Shown here: piece after piece, positions 1 through 10,894 of the stretch
How positions within the stretch are numbered: position 1 is the first letter of the stretch
Layout of the letters: the number at the start of each line of letters is the position of its first letter
Assembly (NCBI GenBank): GCA_963829055.1
Contig: CAWHHI010000016.1
Location: 1,088,001-1,152,000, forward strand
Direction: 5' to 3'
DNA length: 64,000 nt
Origin: an uncultured Gemmatimonadaceae bacterium
GTDB lineage: Bacteria; Gemmatimonadota; Gemmatimonadetes; Gemmatimonadales; Gemmatimonadaceae
The notes under the pieces: model-generated
Told to the model about the DNA's origin: nothing
Databases searched by the model: none
Seen by the model: only the letters and a program-made list of their open reading frames with translations
Program-made: the position numbers and the translations under genes

Positions 1-2121
1 TCAGCTTCGTCAACGCCTCAGGCTCGTGGTCGCCGGATGGGAAGAAGCTCGCGTTCATCTCGTTCGAGCAGGGTGACAACCGCGTCACGATCTTCGATGT
101 CGGCCGTAAGAAGGAAGAACGAAGCATCGCCATCAAGGGAGTTGGCGCTATCAGTGACGCCGCGTGGAGCCCCGACGGCACTACGATCGCGGTGGCCGGC
201 ATGTCCGGTGGCATCAGCGATCTGTACCTCGTCACCCTCAAGGGCGGCGCGGTTCGGAGGCTCACGAACGATCGTTATGCGGAGCTGCACCCGGCGTGGT
301 CGCCGGACGGGAAGACACTCGCGTTCACGACGGACCGCGGCCCGGGCACCGACTTCGACGCGCTCAAGTACGGTCCGATGAACCTGGCGCTGATGGACCT
401 GAGCAGCGGCACCGTCCGCCAGCTCGACATCTTCCCCGGCGCGAAGCACATCAATCCGCAGTACGCGCCCGACGGCCGGCAACTGTACTTCGTGTCGGAC
501 CGCGAGGGGTTCAGCGACATCTATCGCCTCGACCTCGCGAGCAATCAGGTCTTCCAGGTTACGCGGACGGCCACGGGAATCAGCGGCATCACCTCCAACT
601 CACCCACGCTCAGCGTGGCGCGAAAGACGGGCCGCATGGTGTTCTCGATCTTCCATGACGGCGGCAACCTGATTCACGCGCTCTCGCCGGAGCAGGCGCA
701 GGGCACGCCGGTGCCGGCTGCGGGGCAAGCCAATCCGCAGGGAAGCCCGGCGCCGGCAACACCCACTCCTCCACCACCGGCTCAAGCGAGCCCGTCTCAA
801 GCAATCCCCGCCCAAGGAACGCTACCCGTCGCAGGTATCCTAACGCCGGTCGACGCGGTGTCGACGAGCATGGTGCAGGCGTATCTCGCTGACGCCACGA
901 CCGGTCTACCGCCGGTCATCGCCTCGCGGCCGAAGTCCTACAACCCGAAGCTCTCGCTCGCCTACCTCGGCGCACCATCCATTGGCGTTGGCGTGAGCAA
1001 CCAGGCCTATGGCAACGGCATCTCCGGTGCGGTGTCCGCCGGGTTCTCCGACATGCTCGAGACGCGCCAGGTCGGCGCAGCACTCGCCGCGCAAGGGACC
1101 TTCAAGGACATCGGCGGAGAGGTCTATTACAAGAACAGCAAGCGTCGGTGGAACTGGCTCACGGGATTGAGTCACATCCCATACGTGCAGACCTATCAGA
1201 CGTACAACGAAGACGTCGTTGGCAACACGCCCGTCGTTAGGGTCGATCAGATCCTCCAGCGCGTCTACGTCGAGAACGCGTCATTCACGACACAATACCC
1301 GTTCTCACAAACGAAACGCATCGAGTTCAGCGCCGGGTTCAATCGGTACGCCTACGGCAATGAAGGGTTCTCGTACTTCTACACGCCGACCGGCGAGTAC
1401 CTCGGGCAGGATCGCAGCAACATTGAGGGACCGCCCAGCCTCTCGTTCGGTCAGGCGTCCATAGCCTTCGTCGGCGATTACTCGTACTTCGGGTTCACGT
1501 CCCCGGTCGCCGGGGGCCGCTACCGGTTCGAGGTGTCGCCGTCGATCGGGCAGATCAACTTCACCACGCTGCTCGGTGATTACCGGCGATACTTCTTCCT
1601 GCAGCCGTTCACATTCGCCATGCGTGGGATGTACTACGGCCGGTTCGGCCCGGACGCCGAGGACCCATCGCGTCTCTCGCCGCTGTACATCGGCCAGGAG
1701 ACGCTGATCCGCGGCTACGACGCGAACAACATCGAACCGAACGAATGCTCGCAGACCGGCAACGCATCCACGACCGGCTGCCCGGCAGATCGACCGGCTT
1801 CTCGGCAGCAGGATCGCTGTCGCGAACTTCGAGATGCACTTCCCGTTGTTCGGTGTGCGCGAGTTCGGCCTGATCAACTTGCCGTTTCTCCCAACCGACA
1901 TCGGACCGTTCTTCGACGCCGGTCTGGCGTGGATGAAAGGTGACCCGGTCGACTACACGGTGAGCCGAAATGCCACGGGGCGATCGCCAGTGTTCAGCAC
2001 GGGAATCAGCGCTCGCATGAACATTCTCGGGTACATGGTACTCGAGGCGTACTACGCCTATCCGTTCCAACGCCCCGAGAAAGGTCCGCACTTCGGCTTC
2101 GTACTGTCGCCAGGCTGGTAG
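1..2121 (+). CDS. PD40/TolB-like beta-propeller plus Omp85/BamA-TamA surface-antigen barrel protein (5'-truncated, frameshift near 1795)
   Basis: The frame is open from base 3 with WSPDG repeats, then a Pro/Ala/Gln linker and a barrel region (DYRRYF, LYIGQETLIRGYD). It continues in ORF 1834..2121, which ends FGFVLSPGW with a terminal aromatic residue. Confidence 0.8.
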
Positions 2122-2146
2122 CGCCCGTAACAATCACGTCAGGCGT

Positions 2147-2183
2147 CGAAACCCGGGAGCGCGAGGCGCGCTCCCGGGTTTCG
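2147..2183. terminator. Bidirectional hairpin terminator between convergent genes
   Basis: CGAAACCCGGGAGCGCG-agg-CGCGCTCCCGGGTTTCG forms a perfect 17-bp stem. Confidence 0.7.
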
Positions 2184-2187
2184 TGCA

Positions 2188-3736
2188 TCATGGCGCGGTG
2201 GTCGCTGTCGCGCGTGCGGCCTGCACCATCCCGCGGATGTCCGTGAGCAGCGAAGCCACGTCGAATACGACGCCGTCCTTGATCGTGTACTTCACGCCGC
2301 CACGCTGAACGAGCTTACCGTTCTCCTCGACCTGCAGCCCGGTCGCGTAGAGCACCTTCATGTTGTGCAGCGGATTGCCGTCCACGACGATGAGGTCCGC
2401 CTTGAAGCCGGGTCGCACGACCCCCGTATTCGTTAGGCCGAGGAGCTTCGCGCCGTTGGATGTCGCGTGCTGGATGACTTCGAGGGGATGGAACCCAGCC
2501 TCCTGCTGCATCTCCATTTCCCGGATCGTCGTGAAGCCGTAGAGCTGGTAGATGAACCCGGCGTCCGACCCCACCGTGACGTTCCCACCGCGACGCGCGT
2601 ACTCCCGCACCCACTGCATCCAGATGCGGTAGTTGTTGCGCCACATGATCTCGTCAGCGGTCGTCCAGTCGAAGTGATAGGAACCGTGTCGTGTCGCGTC
2701 GGGCTCGAAGTTCTGCATTACCTGCGGCAACGCGTAGTCGCGAAACCAGGGCTGCGTCCTCGCGCGCTGCAGGTCGCGATTCGCTTCGTAGATCGCGAAC
2801 GTCGGGTCCCAGGTCATGCCATGCGCGAGCATCGTGTCGAGCACCGCGGACAGCCGCGTCGAATCCGCCTGCCGCCAGATGTCGCCTGCCCAGCGGAATC
2901 GGTCGAGCTCGTTGTCGTAGTTGTACGAATCGGGAAAATTCTGCGGACCGGGCGTCGCCGCATCGGGAATGCCGTACCAATGCTCGATGCTGCGCACACC
3001 CAGTCGCGCCGCGTCGAGCGCGTCGAGTTCCTGAAGCTTCATGTCTGTCGCGATAGGGAGCCCCTGCCGCTTCGCTTCGTCGGCGATGGCTTCCCAGACA
3101 TCCGGCCGGTTGATGAACACCTTGAGGCCGAGCGCGCCCTGCTGCTTGAGGCGACGCACGAGCGCGTGAGCCTCGTCAGGCGTGTTCGCGGCCGCCACCG
3201 CGTACGGGATGATGGTCGGGGCGGCGATCTTGTTTTCGGCCGAGAGTCGCGCATGCGCGACGATGGTGTCGATGCCTTCCGTCGATCCAGGATCTCGAAC
3301 GGTCGTGATGCCGTGCGCAAGCCAGAGTTTGTAGACGTAGTCCTTGGGCATTGGCTTGCCGCCGCGACTGAACTGGATGTGGCCGTGCACATCGATGATC
3401 CCGGGCATCACCGTCATCCCTGTGCCGTCGATGACGCGATCGGCACTCCCGGTGATGCGGCGATCTCCGGGGACGCTGCTACCGGAGAATTCCGACGGCC
3501 GTGACGGCTCGATCGCGACGATCGTGCTGCCTTGCACGAGAATGTCGAACGGTCCACGAGTCGGATTGCCCGCGCCATCGATCACATTCGCGTTGCGGAT
3601 GAGCAGACGCGCATAACGTTGGCCCGTCGACCGTGCGGGCGCTTGGCGCCTGAGCAACGGTATGGGCAGCTGACAGGCTGGTAACGAGGACCGCAAGCGC
3701 GACTCGAATAGCGGCGGTCCGACGAGCGATAGGCAT
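2188..3736 (-). CDS. Secreted amidohydrolase family protein (frameshift near 3640)
   Basis: Motifs MPGIIDVHGH, SIEHWYG, GSDAG and ADLIVVDGNP. The signal peptide MPIARRTAAIRVALAVLVTSLSAAHTVAQ lies in a neighbouring frame starting at 3736. Confidence 0.85.
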
Positions 3737-3927
3737 GGGGGCCCGCAGGGTTTGGATAGTGAACAAGGTGCACTCGCGCCCGATCGTTGACGAGTGGGGA
3801 TCGAGCATGACATCGCCTTGCGAGCTCGACCACTCGACCACGGAAGCGCTTGGTGGAATGAAAGGTGCTCGGCTGCCCCGTGGGCGGCGCACGACGTGTC
3901 GCCCATGGACATGAACGGGTAACACCC

Positions 3928-4857
3928 ATGGCACAGTTAGTCCGAAGCGCTCGAGGCGCAGTCATCGCACTCGTGACCCCGTTGGCGCTCGCATTCCTCT
4001 CGGCGTGCAACAACGATGACGATTCGCCGACAGGTACCGGTAGCAGCACGCAGATCGTGTTCTCGTCGGATCGGAACTCGACTGACGGGAGTCTCGATTT
4101 GTATTCCGCGAACGCGGACGGCTCGGATGTGCGGCGGCTGACCACGAGTCCTGAAGACGACTACGAGCCTTCGTGGTCGTCGACCGGGCGCATCGCGTTC
4201 ACGTCCTCACGTGACGGCAACGACGAGATCTACTCCATGAACGCGGATGGATCGGACGTCAAACGTCTCACGAATAACACGTTCTTGGACGAATTGCCGT
4301 CGTGGTCACCGGACGGCTCACGCATCGCGTTCACGAGTCGTCGTGATGGCAATCTCGAGATCTACGTCATGAACGCTGACGGAACCGGGCAGACACGGCT
4401 GACGAATTCGCCCGCCACGGAAACCGGGCCGCACTGGTCGCCGAACGGTTCGCGCATCGCCTTCCAAACGGATCGCGATGCCAACAACTTCGAGATCTAC
4501 ATGATGAATGCCGACGGCACGGCGCCGACTCGTCTGACGAACAACCCGGGCGTCGATCTCTTCTCGTCATGGGCGCCCGACGGCCAGCGCTTCGCGTTCC
4601 AGTCGACGCGCGACAACCTGACTACCGGCAGCACCGAGATCTACACCTCGAACGTCGACGGCACGGGTATAACGCGACTGACGCAGAATTCGTTCTTGGA
4701 CAACTATCCGCAGTGGTCGACGGATGGCAAGCGCATCGCCTTCCATTCCAACCGCGATGGGAATTCCGAGATCTACACGATGGCGGTGAATGGATCGGAC
4801 GTCGTGCGCGTGACGAACAACGCGGCGTCCGACGTCTTCGCAGCGTGGCGGCCATAA
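3928..4857 (+). CDS. TolB-like/PD40-repeat lipoprotein
   Basis: Lipobox FLSAC followed by about six repeats of roughly 44 aa (EIYxMNADG...RLT...PxWSPDGxRIAF). Confidence 0.85.
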   Translation: MAQLVRSARGAVIALVTPLALAFLSACNNDDDSPTGTGSSTQIVFSSDRNSTDGSLDLYSANADGSDVRRLTTSPEDDYEPSWSSTGRIAFTSSRDGNDEIYSMNADGSDVKRLTNNTFLDELPSWSPDGSRIAFTSRRDGNLEIYVMNADGTGQTRLTNSPATETGPHWSPNGSRIAFQTDRDANNFEIYMMNADGTAPTRLTNNPGVDLFSSWAPDGQRFAFQSTRDNLTTGSTEIYTSNVDGTGITRLTQNSFLDNYPQWSTDGKRIAFHSNRDGNSEIYTMAVNGSDVVRVTNNAASDVFAAWRP

Positions 4858-4923
4858 TTCTCCGGCGCTAGCTTGACGTCACGCGCGCCGCCGACGTCCG
4901 GCGGCGCGCGATGCCACGTCAGC

Positions 4924-6171
4924 ATGCCCGTAGCCGACCACCGCTCACCCGCCCTTCCCCGACGCATCCTGCTCGCCGACGCCGACGCGTTCTTCGTCGC
5001 GGTGGCGCGGCTCGTCGACCCCGAAGGCGCAGGCCGCGCGCGCCTGTTGATCGTCGGCGGCGCACCAGGTAGTCGCGGTGTCGTCTGCTCCGCGTCATAC
5101 GAAGCGCGTCGCTTCGGCGTGCGGTCCGCGATGCCGATCTCGCGCGCGCTGCGGCTCTGCCCCGGCGCCATGTGCGTGCCCGTCCCACGGTCCGCATGCT
5201 CGGTGAAGAGCCGCGAGATCGCCACGGTCCTGGCGCGGTTCGCGCCAGTCGTCGAGTGCGCGAGCATCGATGAGTGGTACCTCGACCTCACCGGCACCGA
5301 GGGCGTGTACTCGGGCCGTACGGTCGAAGACGTTGCGCTGTCCATTCGCGCCGCCGTGCAGGCGGAGACGGGCCTGACGATCTCGCTTGGCGGCGGGACG
5401 TCGCGCCTCGTCGCCAAGCTCGCGGTCGAGCTCGCGAAGTCCAAGCCCGGCCGGCCGACCGCCGGCGTGTTCGTCGTGCCTAACGGCGGTGAGGAGGAGT
5501 TCCTTCAGCGCTTCGAGCTGGGTGATCTGCCGGGGGTGGGCCCGAAGTTCCGCGAGCGACTCGACCGGCTCGGCATGCGCACGGTGCGCGACGTCGTCCC
5601 GCACGACATCCCGACGCTCACGCGCATCGTCGGCGAGCGCGAAGCGGCGTGGCTCTGGGAGCGTGTACGCGGCATTGATGCTACGCCGGTGTCCGAGCGT
5701 GACGTCCCCAAGGGCTTGAGCCGCGAGGACACGTTCGAGCACGACGTTGAAAGCGACGAGGATCTGGAGCGCGAGCTGTTGCGGCTCGTCACGCGCGTCG
5801 CGTCGGACCTGCGCGAGCAGGATCTCGCCGCTCGCACGGTCACGGTCAAATTGCGCGACGCGGACTTTCGCACGCGTCAGGCAAGTCGCACGCTCCCACA
5901 CCCTGTCATCGCCGACCGCGTGATCCTCGCGACGGCGCGCGCGCTGCTCGCCCGCCTGCGTCGCGAACGGCGCGTCAGCGCCCGCCTGTTGGGAGTGGGG
6001 CTCTCGTCGCTCGACGTGCCTGATCAGGCCGCGCAGCTCTCGCTGTTCGAGACGCCGGGGGCGTCGCTCGAGACGGCGCGTGATCGCGCACTCGCCACCG
6101 CGGTCGACCGACTGCGGGCGAAGTTCGGTGACCGGGCCATCGTGCCGGGTGGCCTCACTCGTCCAACATAG
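4924..6171 (+). CDS. dinB: DNA polymerase IV (Y-family)
   Basis: Motifs ILLADADAFF, SASYEARRFGVRSAM, SIDEWYLD and LPGVGPK, plus the clamp-binding motif QLSLF. Confidence 0.95.
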   Translation: MPVADHRSPALPRRILLADADAFFVAVARLVDPEGAGRARLLIVGGAPGSRGVVCSASYEARRFGVRSAMPISRALRLCPGAMCVPVPRSACSVKSREIATVLARFAPVVECASIDEWYLDLTGTEGVYSGRTVEDVALSIRAAVQAETGLTISLGGGTSRLVAKLAVELAKSKPGRPTAGVFVVPNGGEEEFLQRFELGDLPGVGPKFRERLDRLGMRTVRDVVPHDIPTLTRIVGEREAAWLWERVRGIDATPVSERDVPKGLSREDTFEHDVESDEDLERELLRLVTRVASDLREQDLAARTVTVKLRDADFRTRQASRTLPHPVIADRVILATARALLARLRRERRVSARLLGVGLSSLDVPDQAAQLSLFETPGASLETARDRALATAVDRLRAKFGDRAIVPGGLTRPT

Positions 6172-6198
6172 CGGTCGCGATCCTCGGACGGACGCGGG

Positions 6199-6924
6199 TC
6201 AGCGGCCTTGTGCGACGGCGTGCAGCTCGTCGCTCCCGACCGTCGCGTTTTCCGCCGACGCGTCGAACGCGTGCCTAACGAGACCATCGGCGAGCTCGGC
6301 TCCCGTCAGCGAATGCAGGCTGCCGGCAAGTCGGTCGGCGCCCACGACCCGCGCGACCGCCGCCACCCCGTTCGCAACGGCGGCGCTGACGCGTTCCAGC
6401 GGGCGAGCCTCGTCACGACCCGGGCCCGTGATGAACGACGGCCGAGCGATCGTGTACGGCAGCCCGCTCGCACGCAACAACGACTCCGCACGCCACCGGG
6501 CCGAGAGATACGGATTCGATGCGTGCTCGCGGACACCGAGGGCGGACAGATAGATGAAGCGGGGCTTGCTGCCTGACGCGACCGACGCCCGGATCAGCAT
6601 GGCGGTGAGCCCGAAGTCGATGGCCTCGTAGCTCTCCGCCGCCTCGCCGCGCGCGGCAGACTCCCGGCGCCGCGCGCGGGTGGTGCCCAGCAGCGAGAAG
6701 ACGTGCGTCGGCTGGAGCGTCGAAAGCGTGTGCACCATCTCCGCATCGCCCCACGGCGAGGAGTCCACCGCAGCGCCCATGGTCTCGAACCGCTGGCGCC
6801 ATTCGTCCAGCCGCCGCGAATCGGGACGCACGTGCGCGACGGTTCGCACGCCGCGAGCCACCAGCACGCGAACGACTTCGCGACCCGTGTACCCGGTGGC
6901 CCCAGCGACGAAAGCGATTTGCAC
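6199..6924 (-). CDS. NAD(P)H-binding atypical SDR/epimerase family protein
   Basis: Rossmann motif VAGATGYTG, plus YLSARWRAE and RPSFITG. Confidence 0.85.
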   Translation of the reverse strand: MQIAFVAGATGYTGREVVRVLVARGVRTVAHVRPDSRRLDEWRQRFETMGAAVDSSPWGDAEMVHTLSTLQPTHVFSLLGTTRARRRESAARGEAAESYEAIDFGLTAMLIRASVASGSKPRFIYLSALGVREHASNPYLSARWRAESLLRASGLPYTIARPSFITGPGRDEARPLERVSAAVANGVAAVARVVGADRLAGSLHSLTGAELADGLVRHAFDASAENATVGSDELHAVAQGR

Positions 6925-7016
6925 GTGATGCGGAAACGAAAGGGTGGGACTCGCTATGGCGCGTTAGGCTCCGATGCGAGCAGAGCGAGTCAGCCGCGCG
7001 TCAGGCGCGCGTCACG

Positions 7017-7616
7017 TCAGCGGGCCGCGCTCGGCAATCCCGCCGTGATCGCGTTCTGCACACGCTCGATGAGTCGCCCGTTGTCACTGATGAGTACCGC
7101 CGCGAGGTTGTTCGACGTGATCAGTGTATGCGGCGTCGGCCAGGTCGCAACACCGCCGCGAGGCGCGATGGCCACCGTGTCGATGCCGGCGATCGCCGTC
7201 TCACGAGCCTTGGCTGACGGGAAGAGATAGACGTGCAGCTCGGCTGGGCCGAGCATGTACGTTGTGCCGGCAACCTGGAACACGCCCGTCGGCGACGCAC
7301 CCTTCTTGATCAGTACGAAGCCCGCATCGATGAGTCGTCGCTCGAGGCTGCACGATTGCCACGCGTCCTCGGACACGCAGTTCGGCGTGATGGCGACGAC
7401 CTGCCCGCCCGACGGTCCCGCCGTTGCTGGTCGGGTACTAGCGACGGGGGTGGAGTCGCCACGGCCGCTCGGCGCACTCACGGCCGGCGCCGGCTCGCCG
7501 CTGGCGGAGTCCGCCGGAGCTGGCTGCTCGCGAGCGCATGCGGTGGCCGCCGTAAACGCGCAGGCCACCAGCGACGGAACGAGTGACCTCGTGCGCCGGC
7601 AGGGTGTAACGATCAC
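7017..7616 (-). CDS. Hypothetical lipoprotein
   Basis: Signal peptide with ATAC lipobox and a Pro-rich linker. It overlaps the apaG stop by 4 nt. Confidence 0.65.
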   Translation of the reverse strand: MIVTPCRRTRSLVPSLVACAFTAATACAREQPAPADSASGEPAPAVSAPSGRGDSTPVASTRPATAGPSGGQVVAITPNCVSEDAWQSCSLERRLIDAGFVLIKKGASPTGVFQVAGTTYMLGPAELHVYLFPSAKARETAIAGIDTVAIAPRGGVATWPTPHTLITSNNLAAVLISDNGRLIERVQNAITAGLPSAAR

Positions 7617-8023
7617 TCGAACGCCGATCCGAATCCCGCCGTCGCGTCGAGCTCGAAGCGCGGGATCTGGGCGTCGAACGAGGAATCGTCGTTGCGCACG
7701 AAGTGATAGTCGCCCTCCATGTGACCGCTAGGCGACTTGAGGATGATGAAGCTCTGGTATTCGTGAACCTTGCCGGGTGCGATCACCGGCTGTTCGCCGA
7801 TCACGCCTTCACCCTCGACCTCGCTGTCTTCGCCGATCGAGTCGTGTATGCGCCAGCGCCGGCTCAGGAGTTGTGCCGGTAGCTGCCCCACGTTCTCGAT
7901 GCGAACGTAGTACGCAAACACGTAGTGCCGCGCGTGTGGGCGCGACTGTTCCGGCAAGTACGTCGGCCGAACGGTCACACGGATGCCGTGTGATTCTCGA
8001 TAGAAGAACGGGCGCCGGGACAT
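7613..8023 (-). CDS. apaG: ApaG protein
   Basis: YVFAYYVRIEN, QLLSRRWRI, VEGEGVIGEQP and GHMEGDY. Confidence 0.95.
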   Translation of the reverse strand: MSRRPFFYRESHGIRVTVRPTYLPEQSRPHARHYVFAYYVRIENVGQLPAQLLSRRWRIHDSIGEDSEVEGEGVIGEQPVIAPGKVHEYQSFIILKSPSGHMEGDYHFVRNDDSSFDAQIPRFELDATAGFGSAFE

Positions 8024-8099
8024 TGTTCCGGGAAATTAGGGCCGTGAGGACGAATCGGGAATCGGGGCGGCGGCGCCCACGCTTCCATCACGGATGACC

Positions 8100-8807
8100 T
8101 TAGACACCCCCGTACCACTCGTACCCGCGGTCGCTCCAGTAGCCGCCGGCACGCGACGGCATGAACAGAATGCGCGTGAGGTATTTCGTGTTCTTGTACC
8201 CGAGCTTTACCGGCGAATGGACGCGGGCGGGCGCTCCGTGCCCCGGCCCGAGCATCGCGCGATCCATGCCGTAGGCCACGAGCGTCTGCGGATGCAGCGC
8301 GCTGTCGATGTCCCACGACTCGTGATAGTCGGAGTCGAACGACTGGAAGTCGACGTACTGCGCGTCCGACGTCGCACCGGCGACGCGCGCCAGCTCGCTC
8401 ATGCGCACACCCGTCCACTCTGCGCGCGCTGTCCATCCCTCGACGCAGAAGTGATCGACCTTCTGCGTGATGCTCCGCATCTTCGTCAGCTCGTCGAGCG
8501 TGAGCGAGAGTGGGGTGCGCACCGCGCCACCCACTTCGAGGCGCCAGACGCCGCGCTGCTTCTCGTCCCACATCGGAATCGTTTTGGATATGAAGTAGCG
8601 CGGGAACGACCGCCCACTCAAACGCGCGCCGGCCTTCACGCTGTTGCGCGAACCGTTGCTGAACAACCATCGCTCGAGCGTCTCGTTCTTGCGCTCGGCG
8701 AATTTGAGCAGCGACGTGGCCGACTTCGGACCGAAGGAATCACACGCGCCGAGCGCTGCGGCCGCGACCGAGCCCGCGCCGAACGTCACGAAGCGACGGC
8801 GGTTCAT
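8100..8807 (-). CDS. Molybdopterin-dependent oxidoreductase, sulfite oxidase/MsrP family, Tat-exported lipoprotein
   Basis: Tat motif NRRRFV and LGAC lipobox. HFCVEGW carries the Moco-ligating Cys; also HGAPARV, KLGYKNTK and GYWSDRGY. Confidence 0.9.
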   Translation of the reverse strand: MNRRRFVTFGAGSVAAAALGACDSFGPKSATSLLKFAERKNETLERWLFSNGSRNSVKAGARLSGRSFPRYFISKTIPMWDEKQRGVWRLEVGGAVRTPLSLTLDELTKMRSITQKVDHFCVEGWTARAEWTGVRMSELARVAGATSDAQYVDFQSFDSDYHESWDIDSALHPQTLVAYGMDRAMLGPGHGAPARVHSPVKLGYKNTKYLTRILFMPSRAGGYWSDRGYEWYGGV

Positions 8808-9602
8808 GAGTTCGTCCCTCCTCTGCTGCGCGGCGCCGCGGGTTGTCGCCAGAAGAACGGCCTCGCGTTACGCGCCTCGGGCGACTTCGATTCGTCGTAG
8901 CCGCCGGTGACCATCGACCGAATGGAGTACGGGTCCACGGCGAACACCATGACCACGTGGACCACCGTGAGCGCGACGAGCGCCAGCATGATGAGGAAGT
9001 GCCAGTAGCGCGCCCAGACGTAGCCGCCGAATAGCCGCGGTGAGCGGCGCGAACTGAACCGGCTTCCAGATCGCGATACCGGTGAGCACGGCGAGCGCGC
9101 CGAGAATCGGCATCGAGAAGTAGGCGGATTTCTGCAGCGCGTTGTGCTTCCCCTGGTGCGGATGATCCGGCCGCGCGAAGACGTAGAACTTGATCATCTC
9201 CCAGCTGTCGCGGATGTCCCCGCGCCGGGGCACCAGGTCGCGCCACTCGCCGTGCAGGTAGATGAAGCCGACGTAGACCAGACCGTTCAGGAACAGCAGC
9301 CACATCGCCGCGAAATGCCAGTTGCGTGCGCCTGCGAGCCAGCCGCCGAACGTCAGGCTGGACGGGATCGGCTTTCCGGCAAACGGATAGCAGCAGAACG
9401 ATTCACCGCGGCGCGCGAAGGCTGGATAGGCGTTGAAGATGCGGAGCCCCGTCGTGACCATGAGGCCGAGGGCCACGACGTTCACCCAGTGCGTGACGCG
9501 AACGATCCAGTGGTGCCGCGCCGCACGCCGACGAACGCGTGGCGTCGTTGCGGCGCGCGCATCGTGGGTGTCGCCTAACGCCTGTCCGGCCGCTGTCGTC
9601 AT
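8804..9602 (-). CDS. Cytochrome b/b6-domain membrane subunit (Ni-hydrogenase cytochrome b-like), frameshift near 9030
   Basis: VRVTHWVN, ARNWHFAAMW and KHNALQK, continuing as ARYWHF...VVHVVMV in ORF 8804..8989. It overlaps the start of the molybdoenzyme gene. Confidence 0.85.
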
Positions 9603-10071
9603 CGCGATCACTCCGCCTGTGTATGGAGCACTGTGGGTAGCGCTGTGTGACGCTGCGAGTCGCCGCTGTAGAAGCCGCCGCATCGCGCGCCAGTTCCCGC
9701 CTGCGCTCCCCGCCGGCCATCACAACGCTAGCGCTCAGCGAAGCGTGGCCGCAATCGCCAGTCGCGAGTCATTTGCCGTGTGTGGCGCGGGAGTCGCCTT
9801 CGAGTTCGCGCAGGGGTACGTCTCGGTGTATGACATTGCCGCCGACTGCGCCGGAGCGATCCGTGCGGCCACGTGGCAGAGTTGGCGCGCCAGACGAAAG
9901 GCACGCGCCGCGAGCCAGCGCCGCACCGACTGAGCCCTCGCGCCAGACCTACCGGCGCAAACCACCGCTGTATTCATTTCGCCCTGCATCACGCGCGCAT
10001 CGCGGCGCGCGTGTGGCCGGTGGCAATCTCACGCGCATCGGCCGCGCCATTTACCGACGCATGAGGAAGCA

Positions 10072-10863
10072 ATGGCGGACGAGATCGATTACAAGCTCAT
10101 CGGCGATGACCTCCAGGGCGTGATCGTCACGCTCGATCCAGGCGAGGCCGTCGTGGCGGAAGCCGGCGGCATGATGTTCATGCAGGACGGCATTCGTATG
10201 GCCACCAGTCTCGACATGACGGGACGCGGCGGCGGACTGTTCGACAAACTGATGTCGGCGGGCAAGCGCGTGCTGTCCGGCGACTCGTTTTTCGTGACGT
10301 GGTTCACAAACGAGTCGAACCGTCGCCGTGACGTCGCGTTCGCCGCACCATATCCCGGGAAGATCCAGCCGATCGACCTTGGCGAGATCGGCGGAACGCT
10401 CATCGCGCAGAAGAACGCATTTCTGTGCGGCGCGCGTGGCGTCGACGTGACCATCGCGTTCTCGAGAAAGTTCGGCGCCGGTTTCTTCGGCGGCGAGGGC
10501 TTCATTCTGCAGAAGCTCAGCGGCGACGGTCTCGTCTTCCTGCATGCCTGCGGCACGCTGCACACGATGGATCTCGGACCCGGTGAGGTGCTCAACGTCG
10601 ATACGGGTTGTCTCGTCGCGTTCCAGCCATCGGTCGACTACGACATCCAAAGCGTTCCGGGCGTGAAGACAGCGCTATTCGGCGGCGAGGGATTGTTCTT
10701 CGTCAAGCTCACCGGACCAGGCCGCATCATTCTCCAGACGCTTCCGTTCTCGCGGCTCGCCGACCGCATCATCGCGGCGTCGCCTCGCGCCGGTGGCTCG
10801 CGTCGTGAAGAGGGTGGAATGCTCGGAATGCTCGGCGGCATGCTCGACGGAGATAATTCCTGA
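10072..10863 (+). CDS. TIGR00266/AIM24 family protein
   Basis: AEAGGMM, FAAPYPG, GFFGGEGFILQ, FGGEGLF and LQTLPFSRLA. A GAGG RBS lies upstream. Confidence 0.92.
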   Translation: MADEIDYKLIGDDLQGVIVTLDPGEAVVAEAGGMMFMQDGIRMATSLDMTGRGGGLFDKLMSAGKRVLSGDSFFVTWFTNESNRRRDVAFAAPYPGKIQPIDLGEIGGTLIAQKNAFLCGARGVDVTIAFSRKFGAGFFGGEGFILQKLSGDGLVFLHACGTLHTMDLGPGEVLNVDTGCLVAFQPSVDYDIQSVPGVKTALFGGEGLFFVKLTGPGRIILQTLPFSRLADRIIAASPRAGGSRREEGGMLGMLGGMLDGDNS

Positions 10864-10894
10864 CGCGCGCCGCTACACAACTGCACCCGCGCCA

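Noticed and set aside
4050..4850. Nucleotide-level repeats as a DGR or tandem array
   Set aside because: They are fully explained by the PD40 protein repeats. There is no reverse transcriptase and no adenine-specific TR/VR pair.
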